From the NCBI GenBank assembly GCA_022605425.2, contig CM061252.1, positions 496,001-560,000 on the forward strand: a DNA stretch of 64,000 nucleotides, given 5' to 3'. This document shows, piece by piece, positions 12,646 to 23,600 of the stretch. The notes beneath the pieces were generated by a model, which was given only the letters and a program-made list of their open reading frames with translations, ran no database searches and was not told where the DNA came from. Both the position numbers and the translations under genes were made by a program. The stretch is from Hamiltosporidium tvaerminnensis FI-OER-3-3 (Eukaryota > Fungi > Microsporidia). Each line of letters opens with the position of its first letter. Position 1 is the stretch's first letter.

Positions 12646-14631
12646 ATGGAAAATATATTCACAAATAAAGACCTTTTAATTTATATAAGAAAGAAATTTG
12701 ATACAAACATTTCCGAGACACAAAGACTTGCTTGTCTGTTTGCCGCTACACAAAAAAACCTATCGCCTGACACATTTGGACTAGAAATATGGATTATGTA
12801 TATAACTATGCTATCCTGTACAGATGACTGGTGTGACATAAATAATATATTTCAAGTAATTAAACGAGATTATTATAAATATACAAAATATTGGAAAGAA
12901 TATTTCTTGTTTTGTAAGAAATGTGGTGATAAGGTGTTTTTTAAGGCTGTTAAACAGAGTAAAGCTTTTCTTGACTCTAAGGAATTTAACAGTAAAAATG
13001 AGATATTAAATATTTTAGAAAATATAATAAATAACAGGGATGTAGATAGTGATATAGATAGTGATAAGGGTAGTAATTATAAGGGTGATAATAGAGATGA
13101 TAATAAGGGTATTGATACTTGTAAATATAACGGTGATACAGTAATGGATAACGGTACTTGTAAGGATAGGGGTGATAGAGTAATGAATACTTATAATTCT
13201 AAAGGTCATAAAGAAAGTAATAATGAGTCTTATAACAACAACATGTATTACAGAAATATAAAATATAAAAATGCAGCTTTAAATGCATATTCTAAAGACT
13301 GTAAAATAACAGATAAAACTTATAACGATATTAATTATATTTATAACAGTGTAAAGGAGAATTATAAGGATAATAATTTTAAGGGTGAAAATAAAGGGAA
13401 GAATTTAAAAGGGAATGCATGTAATATTAACAACCCTTTGAATAATAAGATAGGTATTGCTGATATTAACACCCCTTTAAATAATGATATAAGAGTTTCT
13501 GATATTAACACACCTTTAAATAATGATATAAGAGTTTCTAATATTAACATCCCATTAAATAATTCTAAGAATCATGGTAATATTAAGACCCCTTTAGTTA
13601 ATAATGTTAATATACCAATAACTAACACCCCTTTAAATGTTCATATGAAAGTACCTATCTCTAACACCCCTTTAGTTACTAATATTCGTAAAAATAATTT
13701 TAAGGAAAACCAGCGTGGAATACCTGTTTCCGTAGACATAAAAAACCCATGTGATTTAAACATAACAGCAAATCTGAATGCATTACAGGGAAAAGTACCA
13801 CAGCAAGAATATGACAACACCATATACTACATAGATAACATGTCTCTAAAAGTAATACGCCAAATAAAACGAGGAGGAAGTTCTGTTGTATACCAAGTAC
13901 TCTGTAACAAAGAAATATTTGCCTTAAAAGAAATAAAAATAACCGACAAAAACGACAGTCTTTCTAAAGAATATAAAAATGAAATTTTTTTACTACAAAA
14001 ATTTAAAAAAAGCAACGAAATAATTAAACTTATAAATTATAAAATAACAGACACAAACATTTTAATTTTACTTGAGTATGGCGAAACAGACTTGTCTGAT
14101 GTAATAAGAAATACAAAAAAACTTTCAATAAATTTTATTCGATATATTTGGGAACAGATGTTACTGATTGTTGAAAAGGTACATGATAGTAGGATAGTGC
14201 ACAGAGATATTAAACCAGCCAATTTTGTTTTTGTCAAAGGACATCTCAAACTTATAGATTTTGGAATTTCTAAAATAATTCGGCCTGAAACTACAACGGT
14301 TTTTAGTGAAAATGCTGCAGGTACTTTTTATTATTTGGCGCCTGAAGTATTAAACAATAGAGATAAAAAGATCAAACGAAGTGCTGATATATGGTCCCTT
14401 GGGTGTATTTTATATGAAATGGTTTATGGAAATCCACCGCTTTATAATGAAAAACACGTTACTGATATTCTTTGTAGATTAAATGATTCTTCTTTACAAT
14501 TCGAATACAAATTTATTAATGAGAGTTATGAAAGTGTCATAGATGTAATAAAAGGATGTTTAGTTTACCAACCAGAGAAGAGAAAGAGTCTTAAAGATTT
14601 AATAGATATGAGATTTTTAAAAATTACATGA
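12646..14631 (+). CDS. MPS1: Mps1/TTK-like dual-specificity protein kinase
   Basis: C-terminal kinase domain with IKRGGSSVVYQV, FALKEI, LEYGETDL, IVHRDIKPANFVFVKGHLKLIDFGI and ADIWSLGCILYEMVYG, typical of Mps1. Helical TPR-like N-terminus. First ATG at 12646. Confidence 0.88.
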   Translation: MENIFTNKDLLIYIRKKFDTNISETQRLACLFAATQKNLSPDTFGLEIWIMYITMLSCTDDWCDINNIFQVIKRDYYKYTKYWKEYFLFCKKCGDKVFFKAVKQSKAFLDSKEFNSKNEILNILENIINNRDVDSDIDSDKGSNYKGDNRDDNKGIDTCKYNGDTVMDNGTCKDRGDRVMNTYNSKGHKESNNESYNNNMYYRNIKYKNAALNAYSKDCKITDKTYNDINYIYNSVKENYKDNNFKGENKGKNLKGNACNINNPLNNKIGIADINTPLNNDIRVSDINTPLNNDIRVSNINIPLNNSKNHGNIKTPLVNNVNIPITNTPLNVHMKVPISNTPLVTNIRKNNFKENQRGIPVSVDIKNPCDLNITANLNALQGKVPQQEYDNTIYYIDNMSLKVIRQIKRGGSSVVYQVLCNKEIFALKEIKITDKNDSLSKEYKNEIFLLQKFKKSNEIIKLINYKITDTNILILLEYGETDLSDVIRNTKKLSINFIRYIWEQMLLIVEKVHDSRIVHRDIKPANFVFVKGHLKLIDFGISKIIRPETTTVFSENAAGTFYYLAPEVLNNRDKKIKRSADIWSLGCILYEMVYGNPPLYNEKHVTDILCRLNDSSLQFEYKFINESYESVIDVIKGCLVYQPEKRKSLKDLIDMRFLKIT

Positions 14632-15613
14632 AAAATATTAAGAATATAAATTACCAACAAGAGAAGAGAAACAGATTTCAAATTTAAAGTAAATTTTAAG
14701 CAGTTTCTTAAATTTATTATAAATATTTACAGAATTTAACAGTTTATTTCATTTTAAAAAGTTTCCTTCAAATTTTACATTCATAGATTTTAAATTTTAA
14801 TAAAAATACATTTAAATGTAATTTTTTATATATTTAATTACTTTTTAACACTTTATATCTTTTTTTATTCTTTTTAATATCTATTATTACATTTTTTTAT
14901 CACATTTTTACTTTTTTATCACATTTTTACTTTTTTATCACATCACATATCTTCTTTATCATTTTATATATTTTTTTTTATTATTTTTTGAAATTTTTAT
15001 TAGTTATATTCATTTCATTGTATTACAAGATATAAAAGTGTATGAGACAATGTACTGAATATAAATATTCTTATAAAATTTTATATTCCTAATATAGTTT
15101 TGTTATATAATTTATTATTCCTAATATAGCATTCTTATAAAATTTTATATTCCTAAATATAGTTAATTAATTATAATCTGTATTTTTAGCGTGAAGAAGT
15201 AGTTATTTCCGTTTTTTAATTCATATATAATTTTAAAGAATAGTAACGAAATTAATGATATTTTATTGTTATAAAGAATATTTAATATTCAACATAAGAG
15301 AAATTATTAACGATTAAATGAAAATTTAAATAAAAGATCATATTCAAAAGTTACAAAAATGTTAAGATTTTTTAAAATTACTTTTATTTGTAATATAAGA
15401 AATGAATCTGTATTGGGTATTATTAATGTGATGTTAGGAAAAATTAAAATTGTTATTAAATTATTTTATGAAAGAAAAAATAGTATTTGATATTTATTGT
15501 AAATCAAACTCAGTATTGAAGTAAATTGGGGGGGGAATAGTAATTATTATGAATATAAAGTGTGATTGTTTTTTTGAAGTTTAATTAAAAATTATTTTAT
15601 TTGAATTATTAAA

Positions 15614-16346
15614 ATGTGGAGGGAGGATAACCACATAAAAAACTTTCTGCTTGGCAATGAGTGTTTGAAACTGGTGTGAGGTCATTGTTTGGATTTTTGG
15701 TGAGAATAAAACCACACTACATCTTTGGTTGTTCCATGGGAGTTGTTATGAGGAGGGGAGGTCTAAGAGATGGAGAAACTTTTTCTACAAATTTATTTGT
15801 AGTTTTTTATGTAACCAGATTGCAGACCGCAGCTGAACATGTAGGTAATTGCCATGTAAAAGCATGGAAACTTAGCCTTGCTCACTCTGGGTAGAAGACT
15901 TAGCGCCTGGGAGATATAAAAATAAAAACCATTAAAAGCCGGGAGAGCTAAGTAGCCGGTTATACCTGTTGGTATGACATTGCAGTGTCTAGGTGGACCC
16001 CATGTAAATCTCTGAAATATATCTTAGCTAGAAGTTTATTGGGTTCAGAAAGTGTAGAGTAAGTGGGAATGCTGCATAGTCTTGGGGGAGCCCAGGAGGG
16101 GGGGCTTCGGCCTTCGATCACACTCCATGCAACGGACACTAACGAACTCCGGGCAACTGCCTCGCATAGTAAACCGGTTCTACACACCTGGTAGATGAAA
16201 GGCTTTGGGACGTAGGTATCGCAGGGTTACCGATGGAGTGTTGGGGTACAGTCATTTATGTTAAACCTAGAACTGCGTTAATGTCATGAAAACAAATATA
16301 ACACTTGCCACTATTTTAAAAAGATGTGATACTTTTAAATGAATAA
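15614..16346 (+). mobile_element. ~730-bp non-coding structured retroposon-like repeat, copy 1
   Basis: Colinear with 44671-45404 and 51870-52600; flanked by the 12-bp direct repeat TGAATTATTAAA (15602-15613, 16347-16358). Confidence 0.85.
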
Positions 16347-18095
16347 TGAATTATTAAATAAATACTAAAAAAATTTAATTAACTCTTACTGATAAATAGA
16401 TTATAACTAAACTATTATTTAATTGTTATTAAATAAATTCAAAAATGTAGAATTTTTTTAGAATATTATTAGGTATTTACTTTTTATATAATTATTTCAA
16501 TATTTTAAATTAAGAATAGAATAATACAATTAAGTCAGGTATTAGGAATATTTTTAATTAGAATAGTTGTCTTGAATTTTTTTGTAATTCATATCAACAT
16601 TCATGTGTGAAAGTATAGTTTTTTTCTGATTTGAAATGTCTTTTAACTTTACCGGACCAATATACTAATTATATTATACAAATGGATTATGAATATAAAG
16701 AAAGGAATACCCTTTTAATTTAGCTGATTAATACCGACTAAAATTACTTTGATAAATGTGTTTGATATCTTAAAATAAATATTAGAAACATATAGATTTG
16801 GATAAGTTAAGTAAAGATATAGAGGATTTTTTGAAATGAGAATAAATACGCTCAAATTTTTAGAGCATAGAATAAAAATAAGAATTGAAATTATTAAAAG
16901 TAAATTATAGGTTTGTATAATGTTATTATATTAAAAATATACTGCCCGATTGGTTTAGATATTAATTTATATTAAATTTCAATATGTTTATTTAAACATT
17001 TGTTTAAACTAATTATTTTCATAACCAATACATTTTAATGCTTTATGTAATGTATTTACATTCGCTAATGCGTTTTCTTATCTTTATCCTTTTGTCTCGC
17101 CGTGAATTTTTGATTAAATAGCTGCAATATGTTCCATAATAAAAATCTTAGATAAATTGTATTCTTTTTATTTTGCATGAATTGTTATCGTTTTATGCTT
17201 TCTAGAAGTCTCTGTATGTAAGTCAAATATAAGTTGTGAATCGATGAAAAGGCAAAAGTGGTATTGTTGTTGTGATTAATTACATCTTAGAATCGAAATT
17301 ATCTTATTCTATTTTTAAATATATATAAATCTTTTGTATATTAGATAGCTGGGAGTTGTAAGTTGTTACAACGGAGAAAAAAAATCTAATCACATAAAAA
17401 GATAGGACAGTGACGCGTTTAGCACGTGAAAGATAAAGAATGTTCAGTAAGACAGAGGATTAAAAGTTTAAGAGTTTTAAACAAATTTTTGAATCTGATG
17501 ACGGAAAGACCAAGTGAATTTATTTAAATATAAACCGACACAGATAGGTGCGTTGCAAAGAGATCACACAGGCTGTATATACAAAGCAACGAATTTGCTT
17601 CAAATTTAAAAAAGAATTCCTATGTTTTTTGAGTTGGTAATGTAAGTCTATCAAGCCCGTTTTGGTTAAAACTGACTCATTTCTTCATAAAAAAGAAATC
17701 ATGAAATAGTAAAACTTTGATTGTGGTTTGAATGAGCTTGTGGTTTTTAAATTAATCCAGCGAATCTTGTACGTTTTTAGTCATATTTAATGTACAAAAA
17801 GATCTCGATAGTCGTATGCTTAATAAGTATTGATTTTGAACAAATATGAAGTAAATCTACAAATATTTTTTTTATTGCGCCATAGCTATACAATTCGATT
17901 ATAGAGGCTCCAAGATAAAATCTTGTCTGGCTTTAAAATTAAATTTAAACTCGGAAATTAGGTATCCAAAGGGAGAATGAGCCGATTTGATAACAAATAT
18001 CGTTAAAAGATAGCTGGTGAAAAGTTACTTGAAAGCATAATAAAAGATACATTTTGATTTCCTATGTAATTAATGAATTGCAAAATTATATATTA

Positions 18096-19889
18096 TAGGG
18101 TTTTTCGATCAATATAATAATCCTTGCAACCAATATAATAATTTTTCGATCAATATAATAATCCTTGCAATCAATATAATAATTTTTCGATCAATATAAT
18201 AATCCTTGCAATCAATATAATAATTTTTCGATCAATATAATAATCCTTGCAATCAATATAATAATTTTTCGATCAATATAATAATCCTTGCAATCAATAT
18301 AATAATCCTTGCAATCAATATAATAATTATTTTTAAAAAATAGAAATTTAAAAAAAAATTTATAAAATAAAAATTTAAAAAATAATTCATTCATTATAAA
18401 ATTAACTCCCATGTCAAATTCTTTTTCAGGTAAAAATACCAACGAGAAAAATATTATTTTCATGTAGGTGAAACACCAGAATGTATAGAGTGCGAAAATG
18501 ACAATTTTTTGAAGTGTCTTGTAGAAACATCGGGATCAAATGATGAAAATCTCTCCATACACACTATTCCAACTCTGAGGAAACAAAAAGTTTCTATTAA
18601 TGATCGGGAACGCATAATTGAAAAGACATTAGAAAGCTATTCTATCTCCGTAATTGCCTCGATGTATCGAATAAATTACCAGACGGCTAATAGTATCGTT
18701 ATACGATATTTAAAAACTGGCTTGGTATATGTCGATAAAAGAGGTGGTGATAGGCGCTCAAAGTTAACCATGGAAATAAAAGAGAGCTTACAAGCCTATG
18801 TTGATTTGGAATGTACAAAAACCCTGTATGAGTTGGCAGAATGGGTCAAATGTACATTTAATATTGATATGTCAACTAGTACAATTGATCGCGCACTAAG
18901 GAAGTTCCATTACAATCTAAAGCGTGTAACATTAGTACCTGAGCGTAGAAATACACTTTCGAAAATTGAGCTAAGAACCAATTACGCAACTAGTTTTCGT
19001 GAGTTGGAGGTTGATAACGATGACAAAAACTTTGTCTTTTTAGATGGAGTTGGGTTTGCAGTAGTCACACGCCCCAGTAGAGGTCGTAACATGAGAGGTG
19101 CATCTGCATACCTATCTGTAACAGCAGCTCGAAGTAGAAATATTTCAGTAGTCGCCGCAATGAACAAATATGGTATGATATACTATAAGATTCATGAGAG
19201 GGCCGTAAATGGTGAGGATTTCAAATTATTTTTTAAGGAGATTAATGAAAGCGTTCAAAGGCAAGGAATTTTGACTCCAATATTTGTAATGGACAATGCG
19301 AAAATTCATCACTATCGTGGATTGAATGATGATGAGGAAATTGTTTCGTATCGAATTAAATATCTTCCACCTTACTCTCATTTTCTTAATCCAATTGAGA
19401 ATGTATTCTCAGTCTGGAAAAATAAATAATTCGAGGTGGTGCTCGTACTGAGCCTCAGTTGAGAATATTAATTTATGAAAAATTTAATGAAATCACGGGA
19501 GAACATTGTAGTTCTTTTTACCGTAAAATGTTAGGATATTTGCAAAAGGCCGAGGTACGCAAATGATTCTTGAGTAATAATAAATCTCAAGTACTATTTA
19601 TAATTTTATTTTTTAAATTTTTATTTTTTAATTTCTATTTTTTTAATTTTTTTTTAAATTTCTATTTTTTAAAAATAATTATTATATTGATTGCAAGGAT
19701 TATTATATTGATTGCGAGGATTATTATATTGATCGAAAAATTATTATATTGATTGCAAGGATTATTATATTGATTGCAAGGATTATTATATTGATCGAAA
19801 AATTATTATATTGATTGCAAGGATTATTATATTGATCGAAAAATTATTATATTGGTTGCAAGGATCATTATATTGATCGAAAAACCCTA
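18096..19889 (+). mobile_element. Tc1/IS630-family DNA transposon, copy 1, with long tandem-repeat TIRs
   Basis: TA|TAGGGTTTTTCGATCAATAT...ATATTGATCGAAAAACCCTA|TA termini; roughly 290-bp inverted arms; internal DD34E transposase. Confidence 0.95.
18411..19575 (+). pseudogene. Frameshifted DD34E transposase
   Basis: FVFLD, IFVMDNAKIH and YLPPYSHFLNPIE with 34 residues between D and E. Single-base losses relative to copy 2 near 18450 and 19427 truncate the ORF to 18509-19429. Confidence 0.9.
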
Positions 19890-21099
19890 TATATTCAAAG
19901 AATTGGGTTGTAATCTGTTTTTTTGAATACTAGGTTCGAAAAAATAATTCTAGGACGAGTAATAACAAGACTCTAAACAGATACCCAGATAATAGTTATT
20001 GGATCACGAGTTAATATCCCGGAGTCAGATACTCCTTATACTATATGCAAACATTCAAAAAAGCATAAGAAGAAATTATTAGTAGCTTTTAAATAACTAA
20101 AAAATAAAATTGCTTATAATAATCCGAAAAATGCAAAGAGAAAGTCAAATATTACAGACCATCGAAAAAATCAGTAGAGACCATCAGCAAAAAATGCAAG
20201 AAGTTTGTCTATTAGACTTTTTTTGCTTGTCTAAAACGATTTCGTATTCAAACCAGCTGGTTAAAATGCAAATCTTCACCTTTTTATACATTGAATTTGC
20301 TTTTACACAACATCTATTCAAATTGCAACAAAAATAGGCCAAAAAGGTGATGCAGACATCGAGAACTGTCTAGGAAGGCGTAAAATTGGTTTGAAAATAT
20401 ATTTGGGGTTTTTACAAATAAAAATTTTAGTCTTTCTCATTTTTAAGTATACAAGAAAAATGTATTTAATTTTTCCATAAGTTGTTGCAGTAAAACTTAT
20501 AACTCTATAGGAAATCAAGATTTGCTGTTCGCAATCTTTGAGAGATGCAAATAACACCAAATAAAGATATAAAAAAGAAAAAAGGCATAAGGTATGAGAG
20601 ATTATATTATAAATCCGAAGAAAAACTATATATATCTTGAACTTTACAACAGACATTTATGAATTCTATATACAGAAAATTTTTGAATGTAATAAATGTA
20701 TTAATTTAAAATTAGTTTTACACTTCATTTCAAACAGAAAAGGTTTAAAATATGGTCGCGATACATACTTCAGACAAATTAATTTCATTTGAAAAAAACA
20801 AGGATCTAAATAAATATAAAAGTAATAAGATAGAAATTCGCTGAGTGGAACCTTTGGCCCTTTCCGCTAAACCAACGTTAGTAATTATTGGTGAACGTGT
20901 TCTGATTTCCTAAAGTAGGGCTCTATAAAGAGGCATATTACTACCAAAAATAGATTTTTTGGCAGTTTAATAAGTCATTCTTTCATCAAGCTAAGAATAT
21001 ACTGTACTGATTCACTGCAAGCCTGAAATTCAACAGATTTGAGGATACAAATAGAAGAATTACGAACTTACACAAAACAAAATATCCAAGCCTAGAAAT

Positions 21100-23600
21100 A
21101 AATGATCACTTTTGGAACATAGAACGTAAGAGGCTTGACAAGGAAGACAGAGGAACCTGTCAAGGCAATAAGTGAAAAAAAAAGAAATATCTCGCGGTTA
21201 ATGAAGCCAATATGAAAGACCGGGAGATGAAATTTAACATTAATTCAATTATATCCTGGTGTAGGGAACAATCAAGAAGCCAAACGTGAGTTAAATTTCA
21301 GATTCACTCAGATGAATACAATACTATATGTAAGAGAAAATTATAACTGAAAAAATAATACCTTAAAATTAGTAGGATAATCCGAAAGGATTCGAATAAA
21401 AGTCTATGCGTAAATAAAGACGATCGAATTGAGAACCGGAACAAATCTAGAACCAAATTCTACAAAAATTCGAATAAACACCACAAATAATAAGATATCG
21501 GAAGAACAAAATAGAAAGTACAACAAATTAGAATACGCAGAAAAATGATGGTCTGCATGATTAAGAATTCAGAAATAAAAATTTGCCATGAATATTTGGC
21601 TTAGGCTAGCAAATGACATGATTATCCCTAACATAACATTTAAACAAACAAGGTGAATAAGTATACCGAGTAGAGCGCTCTAAGAGAGAAAAATAATTAA
21701 TCTTTACATATCTGTAAGACATGAAAGATTGTAAAAAATTTAGAAGCCTAAAATAATAACAGTCCTCAAAACTGGAAGCTACAAACACCTATTATATCTA
21801 AGAGAATATTCAATACGCTAAAAGCAGCTAGAAGAAAAAACGCAGGAAAATGAATGCATCCAACGAAAAAATATAGAAACTGGGATAAAATTCTAAAGAA
21901 ACCAAACTTGTTTCTGATTCTTAAGTCCAAAAGACAAAAAGGGTTGTGGAAAGAGCCTAAATTAAGAACCTGAAAGAACACGGAATATATTTAAAACAAC
22001 GATTCGAACACATTAAGGCAGTTTAATGAAAGTTCTTGCCTTAAAAAAATTTTAGACGACAAGATTATGATCTATAATCCAAATCTTTAAACAAAAATTA
22101 AAGAAAATATAAGTAGATGAAGCCGTATTTAATGCTCAGAGCAGAGGAAAGCTACCAGGATTACATGAATAAAGCCCAGGGGGTAAAAACCGGAGCAGAG
22201 AAAGAAAACTTGACAGCCTATAAAGAGTTTGAAAGGTTATCCTGTGAATATTTTACATAAAATAGAAGAATCTTTACAAGAACGAAATTAAAATTTAAAA
22301 TTTCCAAACGAGAACTCATAAACTAATTAACAGATGAAAAAAAGAATCTCCAAGAAATATAAGATTGGTTATGCCATGATGTACAAAGTAATTTTGAAGT
22401 TTAATGTCAACAGAAAAATTTAAACCCGAAGGAAACTACATTGGTACTATTGAAGAGCAAAAAAAGTTTCAACGTACAAACTAAATAGCCAAAACTCAAC
22501 TCATTTTAGCTTTAAGTGAAATTAGATTCGGCTATTATGGATATGATATAGCAAAAAGTTCTAAAAATGCATGTACGAAGACGAAGAGACCATTTTTTGA
22601 CACGTTTAATAAGAATAGCATTCAAACAAGTGTCTATACCGAGAGAATATGCGAAAACTGTAAAAACATTCATGCATGAGAAATGAGATGCAGAAATCGT
22701 CAGAACCACCGAGAAGGATATGCTTTGTTAAATTTGAAATCTACACAAGGAAACAATTAGAAGAATAAAGAGACCAGAGAACATTTTGAAATAGAGAAAT
22801 ACAGCTTCTGAAGCAACCACAGTATCCAGGACTTATATTTAGAATAAAAGCCTACAATAAATTTATGGAAATTAGTATTGATTTATTTGCCGCTAATTTA
22901 TCCAGAAAAAACATCCAGATGCTCGGTTTTGCGTAAAAGAGCATTTACTCGAAAACAAACAACTATTTTCGCCAAACAGATTTAAGTTCACTAAAAAATT
23001 CAAAGGAGTATGTCTTAAAAACACATTAAATTAAAAAAAATTACCTTTACCGGGCGTAACCCAAGATTATCTAGCACCAATTGATTCATTGTTCTATTGA
23101 CCACACAATGAAGGAAAAATAAGGTGGAGAAATACAGTTTAAGTATCGAAAATGAGTATTGAAAATATTTAAATATACGGTTTAGTATAAGTCGGTGCCG
23201 AGTTCTAAATCCAATGGTTCAAATTAAGATCCGCGAGAAAACCTCTAAATATAATTGATAGAGCAGAGAGAATAATTATAGAAGACAAATAAACCATAAC
23301 GGAAACAATTAAGATATCTAGCCGAACCCAAAGCTCAATTAAAATAGAAAAACTTCTTTAAAACCAGAAAATAGCTTAAATTACCTGAAACATTTCTTGT
23401 TCCGATTTAAGACACGAGGAAGTTCTCATGCCTGAATAGCGGCAACTTAAAGATTATATAAAGCACATCACCTAGTCAAGCCTTTTTAGATAGGAAAGAG
23501 TTATTTAATTAAATCAAGATGTTTCACTAATTTTCGATCCAAATTTTTACTTTGACATATATATAAGTCTTAAGCCTTTATTTTTGAAAGTCGGCAGGCA
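21100..23600 (+). mobile_element. Highly degenerate APE-endonuclease LINE (RTE-like) relic
   Basis: 21102: MITFGT*NVRGLT, matching the GTWNVRGL APE motif; GKLPG-like (~22146) and GVTQ..LAP (~23052) RT-like remnants. Boundaries approximate. Confidence 0.6.

Noticed and set aside
15661-16187. Short ORFs within the 730-nt repeat (also 44740-44949)
   Set aside because: 15661 and 44740 have non-ATG starts; the frames are not preserved across copies, and copy 3 is disrupted.
15614-16346. Known ribozyme or ncRNA identity for the 730-nt repeat (twister-like GTGGAGGG and TAACACTTGCC words, group I-like helix order, RNase P/MRP-like GAAAGT, SRP-like GCCCAGG)
   Set aside because: Required partner motifs are missing or misplaced: no twister L4, no canonical P7 G-binding site, no CR-V next to P1, no SRP helix 8, no CTGATGA core.
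17000-18050. Possible decayed transposase (CNAPIC Cys motif on the minus strand)
   Set aside because: Only one weak motif, with no termini or catalytic residues identifiable.
18109-18325. CRISPR-like array
   Set aside because: Units are contiguous with no unique spacers, mirrored at the other transposon end, and no cas genes are present; they are TIR subrepeats.
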